Shown: positions 35,387 through 46,045 of the stretch, piece by piece | Layout: each line of letters opens with the position of its first letter | Numbering within the stretch: position 1 is the stretch's first letter | Assembly (NCBI GenBank): GCA_049322475.1 | Contig: JBMOQZ010000316.1 | Location: 918-64,917, forward strand | Direction of reading: 5' to 3' | Origin: Myxococcota bacterium | Lineage (GTDB): Bacteria; Myxococcota_A; UBA796; SXON01 | Length of the DNA stretch: 64,000 nucleotides | The notes under the pieces: generated by a model | Told to the model about the DNA's origin: nothing | The model's database searches: none | The model's input: only the letters and a program-made list of their open reading frames with translations | Position numbers and translations under genes: made by a program

Positions 35387-37357
35387 ATGCTCAGCCGTCG
35401 CGAATTGCTCACCTCCGGCGCGCTCGCGGGCGCGGGCTCGCTCGTCCGCGGGGCCGGCGGCGGGCCGCGCCCGGACATCGTGCTCGTCCTCGCCGACGAC
35501 CTCGCCGCGCGGGTGCTCGGCCCGTACGGCGGCGAGGCCGTGCCCACGCGGGCGATCGACCGGCTCGCCGCCGAGGGGGTCACGTTCGACCGCTGCTACG
35601 TGACGCTCTCGCTCTGCTCGCCGAGCCGCGCGTCGATCCTGACGGGCCGGTGGCCCCACGACCACGGCGTCGCCGACAACGGCGGCGCCCGCCTCGCCGA
35701 CGAGGGCGACACCGTCGCGGGCTGGCTGCGCGCGGCCGGCTACCGCACCGCGTACGTCGGCAAGTGGCACATGGGCGACCGCGACGACCCCCGCCCCGGC
35801 TTCGACCGCTGGGTGAGCTTCCGCGGGCAGGGCAGCTACGACGACCCCACGCTGAACGTGGACGGGAAGGTGGCGGTCCACCGGGGCTACCTGACGGACC
35901 TGCTCACGGACCACGCGGTCCGGTTCCTGACCGAGCCCGGCGACGCGCCGCGGTTCTTGATCCTCGCCCACAAGGGCACGCACGCCCCCTTCACCCCCGC
36001 GCCGCGCCACCGCGATCTGCCCGTGCGCTGGCCGATCCCCGCGGTGCCGGCCGGCGATCTGCGGGGCAAGCCCGACTGGGTGAAGGCGCGGGTCAAGCGC
36101 GTCACGCCGGCGAGCATCGAGGAGACGGCGCGCGGCTACCTCAACACGCTGCGCTCGGTCGACGACAGCGTCGCCCGCGTGACCGAGGCCCTCGGCGACC
36201 GCCTCGACCGCGCCATGGTCGTACTCACGAGCGACAACGGCTACTTCCTCGGCGAGCACGGGCTCCTCGCCAAGCGCGCGATCTACGAGGAGTCGGCGAA
36301 GCTCCCGCTGATCGTGCGCTGGCCGGCGCTGGCGAAGCCCGGCGCGCGCGTGGAGCAGCTCGCGGCCAACGTCGACCTCGCGCCCACGTTCGCGGAGGCG
36401 GGCGGCGCGGCGGTCCCGCCCTCCGTGCAGGGGCGCTCGCTCGTGCCGCTCCTCGCCGGCGAGCCCGAGGGGTGGCGCGACGCGTTGCTCTACGAGTACT
36501 TCCTCGACCGGGACGTGCGCGACACGCCCGACACCCTCGGGGTGATCACGCGGCGCCGGGTCTACGCGGCGAGCGCCGGCACCGAGGAGCTCTACGACCT
36601 CGTCGCCGACCCGGGCCAGCACCACAACGTCGCGAAGGCGCGCCCCGCCGAGACGCGCGAGATGCGCGCGCGGCTGGAGCAGCTGAAGGCGGAGACGCGC
36701 TTCCGCGTGCCCCCGCCCTCGCCGGACCCGCCGCCCCCGGTGCGTACGAACGCGTTCGTGCTCCGCTACACGCTGGGCCAGCCGGGGGACACCGTCCGCG
36801 ACCACGGGCCCCACGGGCTCGACGGGCTCGCGACGGGCGCGCCGCTCGTGACGGTGGACGGCCGGGTCGCCCGCCGCTTCGACGGCGAAGGCGACGTCGC
36901 CGCCCCGGACGCCGAGGAGCTCGATCCCTCGCGCGGCCCCTGGACGGTGGAGGCGTGGGTGCGCGCCGAGGCGCCCGACGGCGTGGTGCTCGCGCACAGC
37001 ACGGAGCGGCACGGGCTCCTGCTCGGCCTGCGCGACGGCCGGCCGATCTTCGTTGCGCGGTCGAAGCGCACGACGACGGTGTCCGGCGCGGCGCCGATCG
37101 TCGGGCGGTGGACGCACCTCGCGGGCGTGATCGCGAAGGAGAAACGCCTCCTGTTGTACGTCGACGGCGCGCTCGCGGCCGAGGCGCCGCTCCGCGCGTT
37201 CCTGCGCCGGCAGCCGGGCAGGGGCCTCTCGATCGGGCGCGATCGGGGCGAGCCGCTCACCCGGCTCCCGGGGCTCGTGGGCGCAGTCGCCTCCGTGGCG
37301 ATCTACAGTGGCGAGCGCGCGCCGGCCGACATCGGAGCCGACGCGAAGGACCGCTGA
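35387..37357 (+). CDS. Tat-exported formylglycine-dependent sulfatase with a C-terminal LamG/ConA-like domain
   Basis: ATG 35387 gives the twin-arginine signal MLSRRELLTSGALAGAG. The sulfatase signature is CSPSRASILTG, followed by GKWHMG. Confidence 0.9.
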   Translation: MLSRRELLTSGALAGAGSLVRGAGGGPRPDIVLVLADDLAARVLGPYGGEAVPTRAIDRLAAEGVTFDRCYVTLSLCSPSRASILTGRWPHDHGVADNGGARLADEGDTVAGWLRAAGYRTAYVGKWHMGDRDDPRPGFDRWVSFRGQGSYDDPTLNVDGKVAVHRGYLTDLLTDHAVRFLTEPGDAPRFLILAHKGTHAPFTPAPRHRDLPVRWPIPAVPAGDLRGKPDWVKARVKRVTPASIEETARGYLNTLRSVDDSVARVTEALGDRLDRAMVVLTSDNGYFLGEHGLLAKRAIYEESAKLPLIVRWPALAKPGARVEQLAANVDLAPTFAEAGGAAVPPSVQGRSLVPLLAGEPEGWRDALLYEYFLDRDVRDTPDTLGVITRRRVYAASAGTEELYDLVADPGQHHNVAKARPAETREMRARLEQLKAETRFRVPPPSPDPPPPVRTNAFVLRYTLGQPGDTVRDHGPHGLDGLATGAPLVTVDGRVARRFDGEGDVAAPDAEELDPSRGPWTVEAWVRAEAPDGVVLAHSTERHGLLLGLRDGRPIFVARSKRTTTVSGAAPIVGRWTHLAGVIAKEKRLLLYVDGALAAEAPLRAFLRRQPGRGLSIGRDRGEPLTRLPGLVGAVASVAIYSGERAPADIGADAKDR

Positions 37358-38148
37358 TGCCCCCCGTCGACCTCGCCTGCCCCGCCACGCTCGCCACCTC
37401 CCGCGTCACCGTCGAGGTCGCCGTCACCGCCACGCTCGCGTCGGACTGGAAGGACGTCGTGAACGACGGCCGGGAGGGGCCCGTCGATCTGCCCCTGCTC
37501 GTCGGGCTCGTCCGCCACCCTGCCGGCGTCGTCGCCGTCGATGCCGGCCTCGGCCAGACCACCCGCGACGGGACGTTCCCCACCTTCCCGCTCAAGGCGT
37601 TCGGCGCCATGACCGTCGTGGAGGGCGGCACGCTGAAGGAGCGCGTCGGCATGCCGCTCCGCGTGTTGCTCACCCACCCCCACTACGACCACGTCGGCGG
37701 GTTGTTCGACCTCCCCGGCGTGGAGGTCTGGACCCCCCGCGAGGACGCCGCCGCCTACTTCCCCGGCAACGTGCACTGGCCGCGCTCGCTCCGCGAGGCG
37801 GTGAACTGGCACGTCGTCGACTTCGGGCCCGGCGTGGCCTCGCGCGTGCTCGGGCGCCCCGCGATCGACGTGATGGGCGACGGCACGGTCTGGTACCTCC
37901 ACACCCCGGGGCACACGCCCGGCGCGGCCTCGGTGCTGGTGCTCGCGCAGGACGGGCCCTGGCTCTTCGTCGGCGACACGGCCTGGGTCGACGACCACCT
38001 GAAGGACACGCGCCGCCCCTTCGCGAGCGCGCTGCTCGTCGACGCGGACAAGCCGTACCTGAAGGAGAGCCTGACGTGGGCGCGCTGGATCGCGGCCCAC
38101 TGCCCCGACGTGAAGGTGGTGGCCGGGCACGAGCCCAAGTGGAGGTGA
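37357..38148 (+). CDS. MBL-fold metallo-hydrolase
   Basis: ATG 37357 overlaps the sulfatase stop (TGATG). The HxHxDH motif is THPHYDHVGG, with later TPGHTPG. Confidence 0.85.
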   Translation: MPPVDLACPATLATSRVTVEVAVTATLASDWKDVVNDGREGPVDLPLLVGLVRHPAGVVAVDAGLGQTTRDGTFPTFPLKAFGAMTVVEGGTLKERVGMPLRVLLTHPHYDHVGGLFDLPGVEVWTPREDAAAYFPGNVHWPRSLREAVNWHVVDFGPGVASRVLGRPAIDVMGDGTVWYLHTPGHTPGAASVLVLAQDGPWLFVGDTAWVDDHLKDTRRPFASALLVDADKPYLKESLTWARWIAAHCPDVKVVAGHEPKWR

Positions 38149-39182
38149 ACCGGCTGATCGAGGGCGACTGCCTCGACGCGATGGCGGAGATCCCCGACTT
38201 CTCCGTTGCGCTCGTGTTGTGCGACCTGCCGTACGGCACGACGCAGAATCGCTGGGACAGCGCCGTCCCGCTCGATCGGCTGTGGGAGCAATACCGGCGG
38301 GTGTTGCGGCCCGACGGCGCCGTGGTGCTCACGGGGCAGGGCCCGTTCACGGCGCGGCTCGTGCTCTCCAACGAGGCCTGGTTCCGCTACAAGCTCGTCT
38401 GGGTCAAGTCGAAGCCGACCAACTTCCTCAACGCGAAGAAGCAGCCGCTGCGCCGCCACGAGGACGTGTGTGTCTTCTACCGCGAGCAGCCGACCTACCA
38501 CCCGCAGAGGACCCCGGGCGAGGCGTACGACAAGGGCGTCCGCAAGGACCAGCTCACCGGCTCGTACGGCGACTTCCGGCCCGTCCGCGTCGCGAGCGAG
38601 GGCGGGCGCTACCCGACGGACGTCGTGTACTTCAAGACGGCGGAGAGCGAGGGCCCCGTCTGGCACCCGACGCAGAAGCCCGTCGCGCTCGGGCGCTGGA
38701 TCGTGCGGACCTACACCGATCCGGGCGACCTCGTGCTCGACAACGCGTTCGGCAGCGGCAGCTTCCTCGTCGCGGCGCTCGCGGAGGGGCGGAGCTTCGT
38801 GGGGATCGAGCGCAACCGCGAGGTGCACGCGTTCAAGAAGGAGGCGATCGACTTCCTGGCGATCGCGCGGCGGAGGTTGTGGGCGTGTTGGGAGGGGCTG
38901 GACGAGGAGACGCGCGGGAAGGTGCGGAGGGAGGGGATTTTCCGGGACCCCTCACCCGGCCTCCGGCCACCCTCTCCCCCTGCGGGGGAGAGGGGCGTTG
39001 GAACCACGGTCACCCTTGCGGGTGAGAGGGGCGTTGGAACGACGGACACCCCTGCGGGGGAGGGGGGCGTGGGAATCACGCGGGCGTGCCCCCCTCGCCC
39101 CGCGGAGCGGGGAGAGGGGTTGGGGGTGAGGGGCGTCCTACCGACGCCGCCTCGTAGCGAAGGCGGCGAGCAGGATCCCTGA
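38145..39182 (+). CDS. Beta-class N6/N4 DNA methyltransferase (PF01555-like, phage type) with a repeat-encoded C-terminal tail
   Basis: GTG 38145 overlaps the MBL stop (GTGA). Motif IV is DLPYG (variant of DPPY), followed by HPTQKP and motif I FGSGS. The last approximately 80 codons run through the REP-like element 38948..39135. Confidence 0.85.
   Translation: MNRLIEGDCLDAMAEIPDFSVALVLCDLPYGTTQNRWDSAVPLDRLWEQYRRVLRPDGAVVLTGQGPFTARLVLSNEAWFRYKLVWVKSKPTNFLNAKKQPLRRHEDVCVFYREQPTYHPQRTPGEAYDKGVRKDQLTGSYGDFRPVRVASEGGRYPTDVVYFKTAESEGPVWHPTQKPVALGRWIVRTYTDPGDLVLDNAFGSGSFLVAALAEGRSFVGIERNREVHAFKKEAIDFLAIARRRLWACWEGLDEETRGKVRREGIFRDPSPGLRPPSPPAGERGVGTTVTLAGERGVGTTDTPAGEGGVGITRACPPRPAERGEGLGVRGVLPTPPRSEGGEQDP
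38948..39135. repeat. Composite REP-like hairpin element (family REP-G), several hairpins in tandem
   Basis: The core is CCCCTCACCCGGCCTCCGGCCACCCTCTCCCCCTGCGGGGGAGAGGGGCG (10-bp stem CCCTCTCCCC/GGGGAGAGGG). It is followed by approximately 36-bp subrepeats (AGAGGGGCGTTGGAAC...CACCC-TTGC-GGGTG) and a terminal hairpin CCCCTCGCCCCGC-GGA-GCGGGGAGAGGGG. Confidence 0.75.
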
Positions 39183-41231
39183 AAGGAAGGGCGCGCCGCC
39201 GCCCGTCGAGCAGCCGCCGGTCCAGCCCTCGGGCGCCTCGGCGACGCCGTCGCAGTCCACGTCGCGGCCGTCGACGTCCTCGCCGGCGCCGGGGAAGGCG
39301 TGGGCGTCGCCGTCGTCGCAGTCGCCGCCCGCCTCGGTCCAGCCGTCGCCGTCGTCGTCGTACACCTTCGTCTCGTCGTCGGCGAGGCCGTCGCAGTCCT
39401 GGTCGAGCCCGTCGGCGGACTCGGGGGCGCCGGGGAAGGTGGCGGGCGCGGCGTCGTCGCAGTCGCCGGCGTCCTCGGCGAAGCCGTCGCCGTCGTCGTC
39501 GAAGGCGGTCGTGCCGTCGTCGGCCACGCCGTCGCAGTCGTCGTCGCGCCCGTCGGCGACCTCCGGCGCGCCCGGGAACCGCGCCGCGGAGAGGTCGTCG
39601 CAGTCGCCGGCGTGCTCGGTCCAGCCGTCGTGGTCGTCGTCGAAGGCGGTGGTGCCCTCGTCGGCGAGGCCGTCGCAGTCCTCGTCGCGGCGGTCGGGGC
39701 GCTCGTCGGCGCCGGGGAAGACGTCGCGATCGCCGTCGTCGCAGTCGCCCTCGAGCTCGGTCCAGCCGTCGGTGTCGTCGTCGAAGGCGTCGGTGCCCTC
39801 GTCCACGTGCCCGTCGCAGTCCTCGTCCACGCCGTCGGCGACCTCCACCGCGAAGGGGAAGCGGCGCGGCGCCACGTCGTCGCAGTCGCCGGCGCGCTCG
39901 GTCCAGCCGTCGCCGTCGTCGTCGTAGGCCTCGGTGCCCTCGTCGACGAGGCCGTCGCAGTCGTCGTCGAGGGCGTCCGGCCGCTCGAGCGCGCCGGGGA
40001 AGCGCCGGGGCGCGGCGTCGTCGCAGTCGCCCGCCACCTCGGCGAAGCCGTCGGTGTCGTCGTCGAAGAGCCGGGTGCCCTCGTCGGCGATCCCGTCGCA
40101 GTCGTCGTCGGCGCCGTTCTCGTGCTCGGGGGCGCGCGGGAAGGTGAGCGCGTCGGCGTCGTCGCAGTCGCCGCGGCGCTCGGACCAGCCGTCGTGGTCG
40201 TCGTCGTACACCGGCGTGCCCTCGTCGACGACGAAGTCGCAGTCGTTGTCCACCGCGTCGGGGAGCTCGACCGCGCCGGGGTGGAGGCGGGGGTCGCGGT
40301 CCTCGCAGTCGCCGTCGCAGGTCCGGTACCCGTCGGCGTCGAGGTCGTAGCGCTCGTCCACGTCGCCGTCGCAGTCGTTGTCGACGTCGTCGCAGAGCTC
40401 GGTCGCGCGCGGGTGGATGGCCGGGTCCTCGTCGTCGCAGTCGCCCTCGCGGACCGTCCAGCCGTCGCCGTCGAGGTCGCCGCAGTGCTTCGCGTCGCTC
40501 CCGCGGTCGAAGAGCACGGCGAGGTGGTTGGCGACGACGCGCGACGAGCCGTCGGAGGGGTCGTTCACGACGCCCTCGCCCTTCACCCACATCGTCGTGG
40601 ACCCGCCGCCGTCGAGGTTCATCGCGTCGCTGGCGCCGAGGTCGGCGAGCAGGTCCTTCAGGTCGTCGACGGTGGCCCCGATGCTGCTGGACGAGCGCCC
40701 GTCGACCACGACCATGTAGAGGATCGTGCCGTCCTCGGACAGGCCGACGGCGGTGCGCGGGTGGAGCTCGTCCCAGGTGTAGGAGGTCTCCGCGCCGTCC
40801 TTCAGCAGGGTGGGGTGGCCGCTCACCGCGTCGTCGATCCAGTCCTCGTCGGCATGCTCGACCACCGTGCCCGCGGAGAACAGCTTGGCGGCGCCCTCGC
40901 CGAAGGCGATCGTCCCGTTGTAGGTGTCGTCCGCGGTGTCGGACCACGCCCGGCCGTCGCCGATCGACAGGCCGCTCGTCGAGTAGTCGGTGTACGAGAA
41001 GAAGTCGCCGTTGATCGCCGCGATGGCGTCGACCTCCTCGGCGAACGACTGCACCGTCTGCTGGCGCTCGCCGCTCGCGGTCGCGCGGATCGAGATGCCC
41101 GGCGCGCAGAGGTCGACCTCGAGCACGTGGACACGCAGCGGATCGGAGGTCGTCCGGTACAGGTAGCGGACGCCCGGGAAGGGCTCGGACCAGGAGTCCC
41201 CGGCGAGGGCGGTGGCGACGAGCGCGAGCAC
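39138..41231 (-). CDS. Phosphodiester glycosidase (NAGPA/DUF2233)-domain protein with about 10 MopE-type modules and a MYXO-CTERM-like sorting tail
   Basis: The N-terminal domain has INGDFF...PRTAVG...AMNLDGGGST. It is followed by about 10 repeats of DGDGW/F...GDCDD...FPGAxE..DGxDxDCDGxxDEG. The C-terminus is GCSTGGGAPFLSGILLAAFATRRRR. GTG start at 41231. Confidence 0.85.
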   Translation of the reverse strand: MLALVATALAGDSWSEPFPGVRYLYRTTSDPLRVHVLEVDLCAPGISIRATASGERQQTVQSFAEEVDAIAAINGDFFSYTDYSTSGLSIGDGRAWSDTADDTYNGTIAFGEGAAKLFSAGTVVEHADEDWIDDAVSGHPTLLKDGAETSYTWDELHPRTAVGLSEDGTILYMVVVDGRSSSSIGATVDDLKDLLADLGASDAMNLDGGGSTTMWVKGEGVVNDPSDGSSRVVANHLAVLFDRGSDAKHCGDLDGDGWTVREGDCDDEDPAIHPRATELCDDVDNDCDGDVDERYDLDADGYRTCDGDCEDRDPRLHPGAVELPDAVDNDCDFVVDEGTPVYDDDHDGWSERRGDCDDADALTFPRAPEHENGADDDCDGIADEGTRLFDDDTDGFAEVAGDCDDAAPRRFPGALERPDALDDDCDGLVDEGTEAYDDDGDGWTERAGDCDDVAPRRFPFAVEVADGVDEDCDGHVDEGTDAFDDDTDGWTELEGDCDDGDRDVFPGADERPDRRDEDCDGLADEGTTAFDDDHDGWTEHAGDCDDLSAARFPGAPEVADGRDDDCDGVADDGTTAFDDDGDGFAEDAGDCDDAAPATFPGAPESADGLDQDCDGLADDETKVYDDDGDGWTEAGGDCDDGDAHAFPGAGEDVDGRDVDCDGVAEAPEGWTGGCSTGGGAPFLSGILLAAFATRRRR

Positions 41232-41375
41232 GAGATCGGGCTCTCTGCAAGCGGCGCGCCACGCGGACGACCCACATCGGGGCGTGGACGCCGGGGGAGT
41301 GGGGCGCGCGTGTCCGGGTCATCGGCGACCCACCCGGCGGGGCGCGGGCGCCCCCGTCCGTCGTAGGATGGGCCG

Positions 41376-44507
<3,132 letters not shown>

Positions 44508-44583
44508 CGGCCTTCTCCCGGTGAGAAACCTCCATGAGCCCCCGGCGGTCCGTCCCACCCCGCGGCGGGGCGGAGGCTCGCCC

Positions 44584-44958
44584 ATGTCCACGCGCCGGAG
44601 CGCCCTCGTGGCGGACGACGACGCCGTCACCCGCTCGTTCGCCGCCGACGTGCTCGGCGGGCTCGGGCTCGAGGTCCACGAGGCCGCCGACGGGGTGGAC
44701 GCGCTCCGGCTCTACTACGCGCGCGGCCCGTTCGCGCTCTTCGTCACCGACGTGTTCATGTCGCGGATGGGGGGCCCCGAGGTGGTGGAGATCCTGTCGG
44801 CGAGGACCACGGACATGCGGGTGCTGTTCATCTCCGCGCACAACGTGGGCCCGTTGCTCGGGCCGACGCGCCGCTTCCTCGGCAAGCCGTTCACGGCGCG
44901 CGCGCTGCGCCGGGAGGCCTCACGGCTGCTCGGCGAGCCCGCCGAGCTCGGCGGATAG
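44584..44958 (+). CDS. Stand-alone response-regulator receiver domain protein
   Basis: ATG 44584 lies within track ORF 44521..44958. It has the acidic pocket ADDD, the phospho-acceptor D in LFVTDVFM, and the conserved K in LGKPF. Confidence 0.85.
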   Translation: MSTRRSALVADDDAVTRSFAADVLGGLGLEVHEAADGVDALRLYYARGPFALFVTDVFMSRMGGPEVVEILSARTTDMRVLFISAHNVGPLLGPTRRFLGKPFTARALRREASRLLGEPAELGG

Positions 44959-45309
44959 GCTCGCCACCAGCGGCACGTCCGCGGGCGCCCAGTCCACCTC
45001 GTGCAGCTCGTCGCGGGACAACCAGCGGAGCGCGTCGTGCTCGCGCGCGACGGGCTCGCCGGCGATCTCGCAGCGGAGCGCCACCAGCTCGACGTCGCCG
45101 TGGATCGAGACCGCGAGCGGCGCGCCGACCCGCGCGACGACGCCGAGCTCCTCGGCGATCTCGCGGGCGAGGGCGTCGCCGTCGGCCTCGCCGGGCTCGA
45201 CCTTGCCGCCGGGGAGCTCCCACTTGCCGCCCTCGCGCTTGTGCGCGGGCCGCAGCGCGGCGAGCAGCCGCCCGTCGCGCACGATCACCGCCGCCACCAC
45301 CCGGAGCAT
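44920..45309 (-). CDS. mutT: NUDIX hydrolase, MutT-like (8-oxo-dGTP / (d)CTP pyrophosphohydrolase family)
   Basis: ATG 45309 gives 129 aa. The Nudix box is GGKVEPGEADGDALAREIAEELG. The 3' end overlaps the receiver gene convergently by 39 nt. Confidence 0.8.
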   Translation of the reverse strand: MLRVVAAVIVRDGRLLAALRPAHKREGGKWELPGGKVEPGEADGDALAREIAEELGVVARVGAPLAVSIHGDVELVALRCEIAGEPVAREHDALRWLSRDELHEVDWAPADVPLVASLSAELGGLAEQP

Positions 45310-45324
45310 CGGCGGAGGGATAGC

Positions 45325-46041
45325 ATGCGCGGCATGCCGGAGCTCACCCTCGCCCGCGACGGCGACGTCGCGATCCTCACGCTCGACGACGGCAAGGCCA
45401 ACGCCTTGCGCCCGTCCAACCTCGCCGCGCTCGACGCCGCGCTCACCGAGGCGCTGGCGGCGCGCGCGCTCTGCGTCCGCGGGCGCGCGGGGTTCTTCTG
45501 CGCGGGCTTCGACCTGAAGGCGATGCCCGGGCTGGACCGCGCCCGGAAGCACGACCTGCTCGCGCTCTTCTCGCGGGTCATGCACCGGATCGCGACCTAC
45601 CCGCGCCCCACCGTCGCGGCGGTGGGCGGCCACGCGTTCGGCGGCGGCGCGCTCCTCGCGCTCGCGTGCGACGTGCGGCTCGCCGCGGACGGGCCGTTCC
45701 GCTTCGCGACGAACGAGGTGGCGATCGGCGTGCCCATGCCGACGCTCGGCGTGGAGATCTGCCGGAGCGCGCTCGCCGGCGCGGCGCTCGTGGAGACGCT
45801 GATGCACGGGCGGGTGTGGACGCTGCCCGAGGCGCGCGACCGCGGCGTCGTCGAGGCGCTCCACGCCGACGTCGACGTCGCGGCGCTCGTCCGCGCGCAG
45901 GCCCTCGCGAAGCTCCCGGGCGAGGCCTACGCGGCGACGAAGGCGCGGACCACCGGCGCGGCGATGGACGCGGCGGCGAAGGCGATGGAGGCGGAGCTGC
46001 CGGCGTTCGTGGACGCGTTCGAGGCGATGGCGGCGCGGTAG
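45325..46041 (+). CDS. Enoyl-CoA hydratase/isomerase (crotonase) family protein
   Basis: ATG 45325 or 45334. The crotonase pattern is FCAGFDLK...AAVGGHAFGGGALLALACDVRLA. Confidence 0.85.
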   Translation: MRGMPELTLARDGDVAILTLDDGKANALRPSNLAALDAALTEALAARALCVRGRAGFFCAGFDLKAMPGLDRARKHDLLALFSRVMHRIATYPRPTVAAVGGHAFGGGALLALACDVRLAADGPFRFATNEVAIGVPMPTLGVEICRSALAGAALVETLMHGRVWTLPEARDRGVVEALHADVDVAALVRAQALAKLPGEAYAATKARTTGAAMDAAAKAMEAELPAFVDAFEAMAAR

Positions 46042-46045
46042 GCGC

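Noticed and set aside
38941-39182. Treating the C-terminal about 80 residues of the methyltransferase ORF as a genuine protein domain
   Set aside because: The sequence is a direct translation of the REP-G hairpin element, and the same DNA motif occurs in non-coding positions at 52988 and 55021. The tail is kept inside the CDS coordinates only because there is no earlier in-frame stop.
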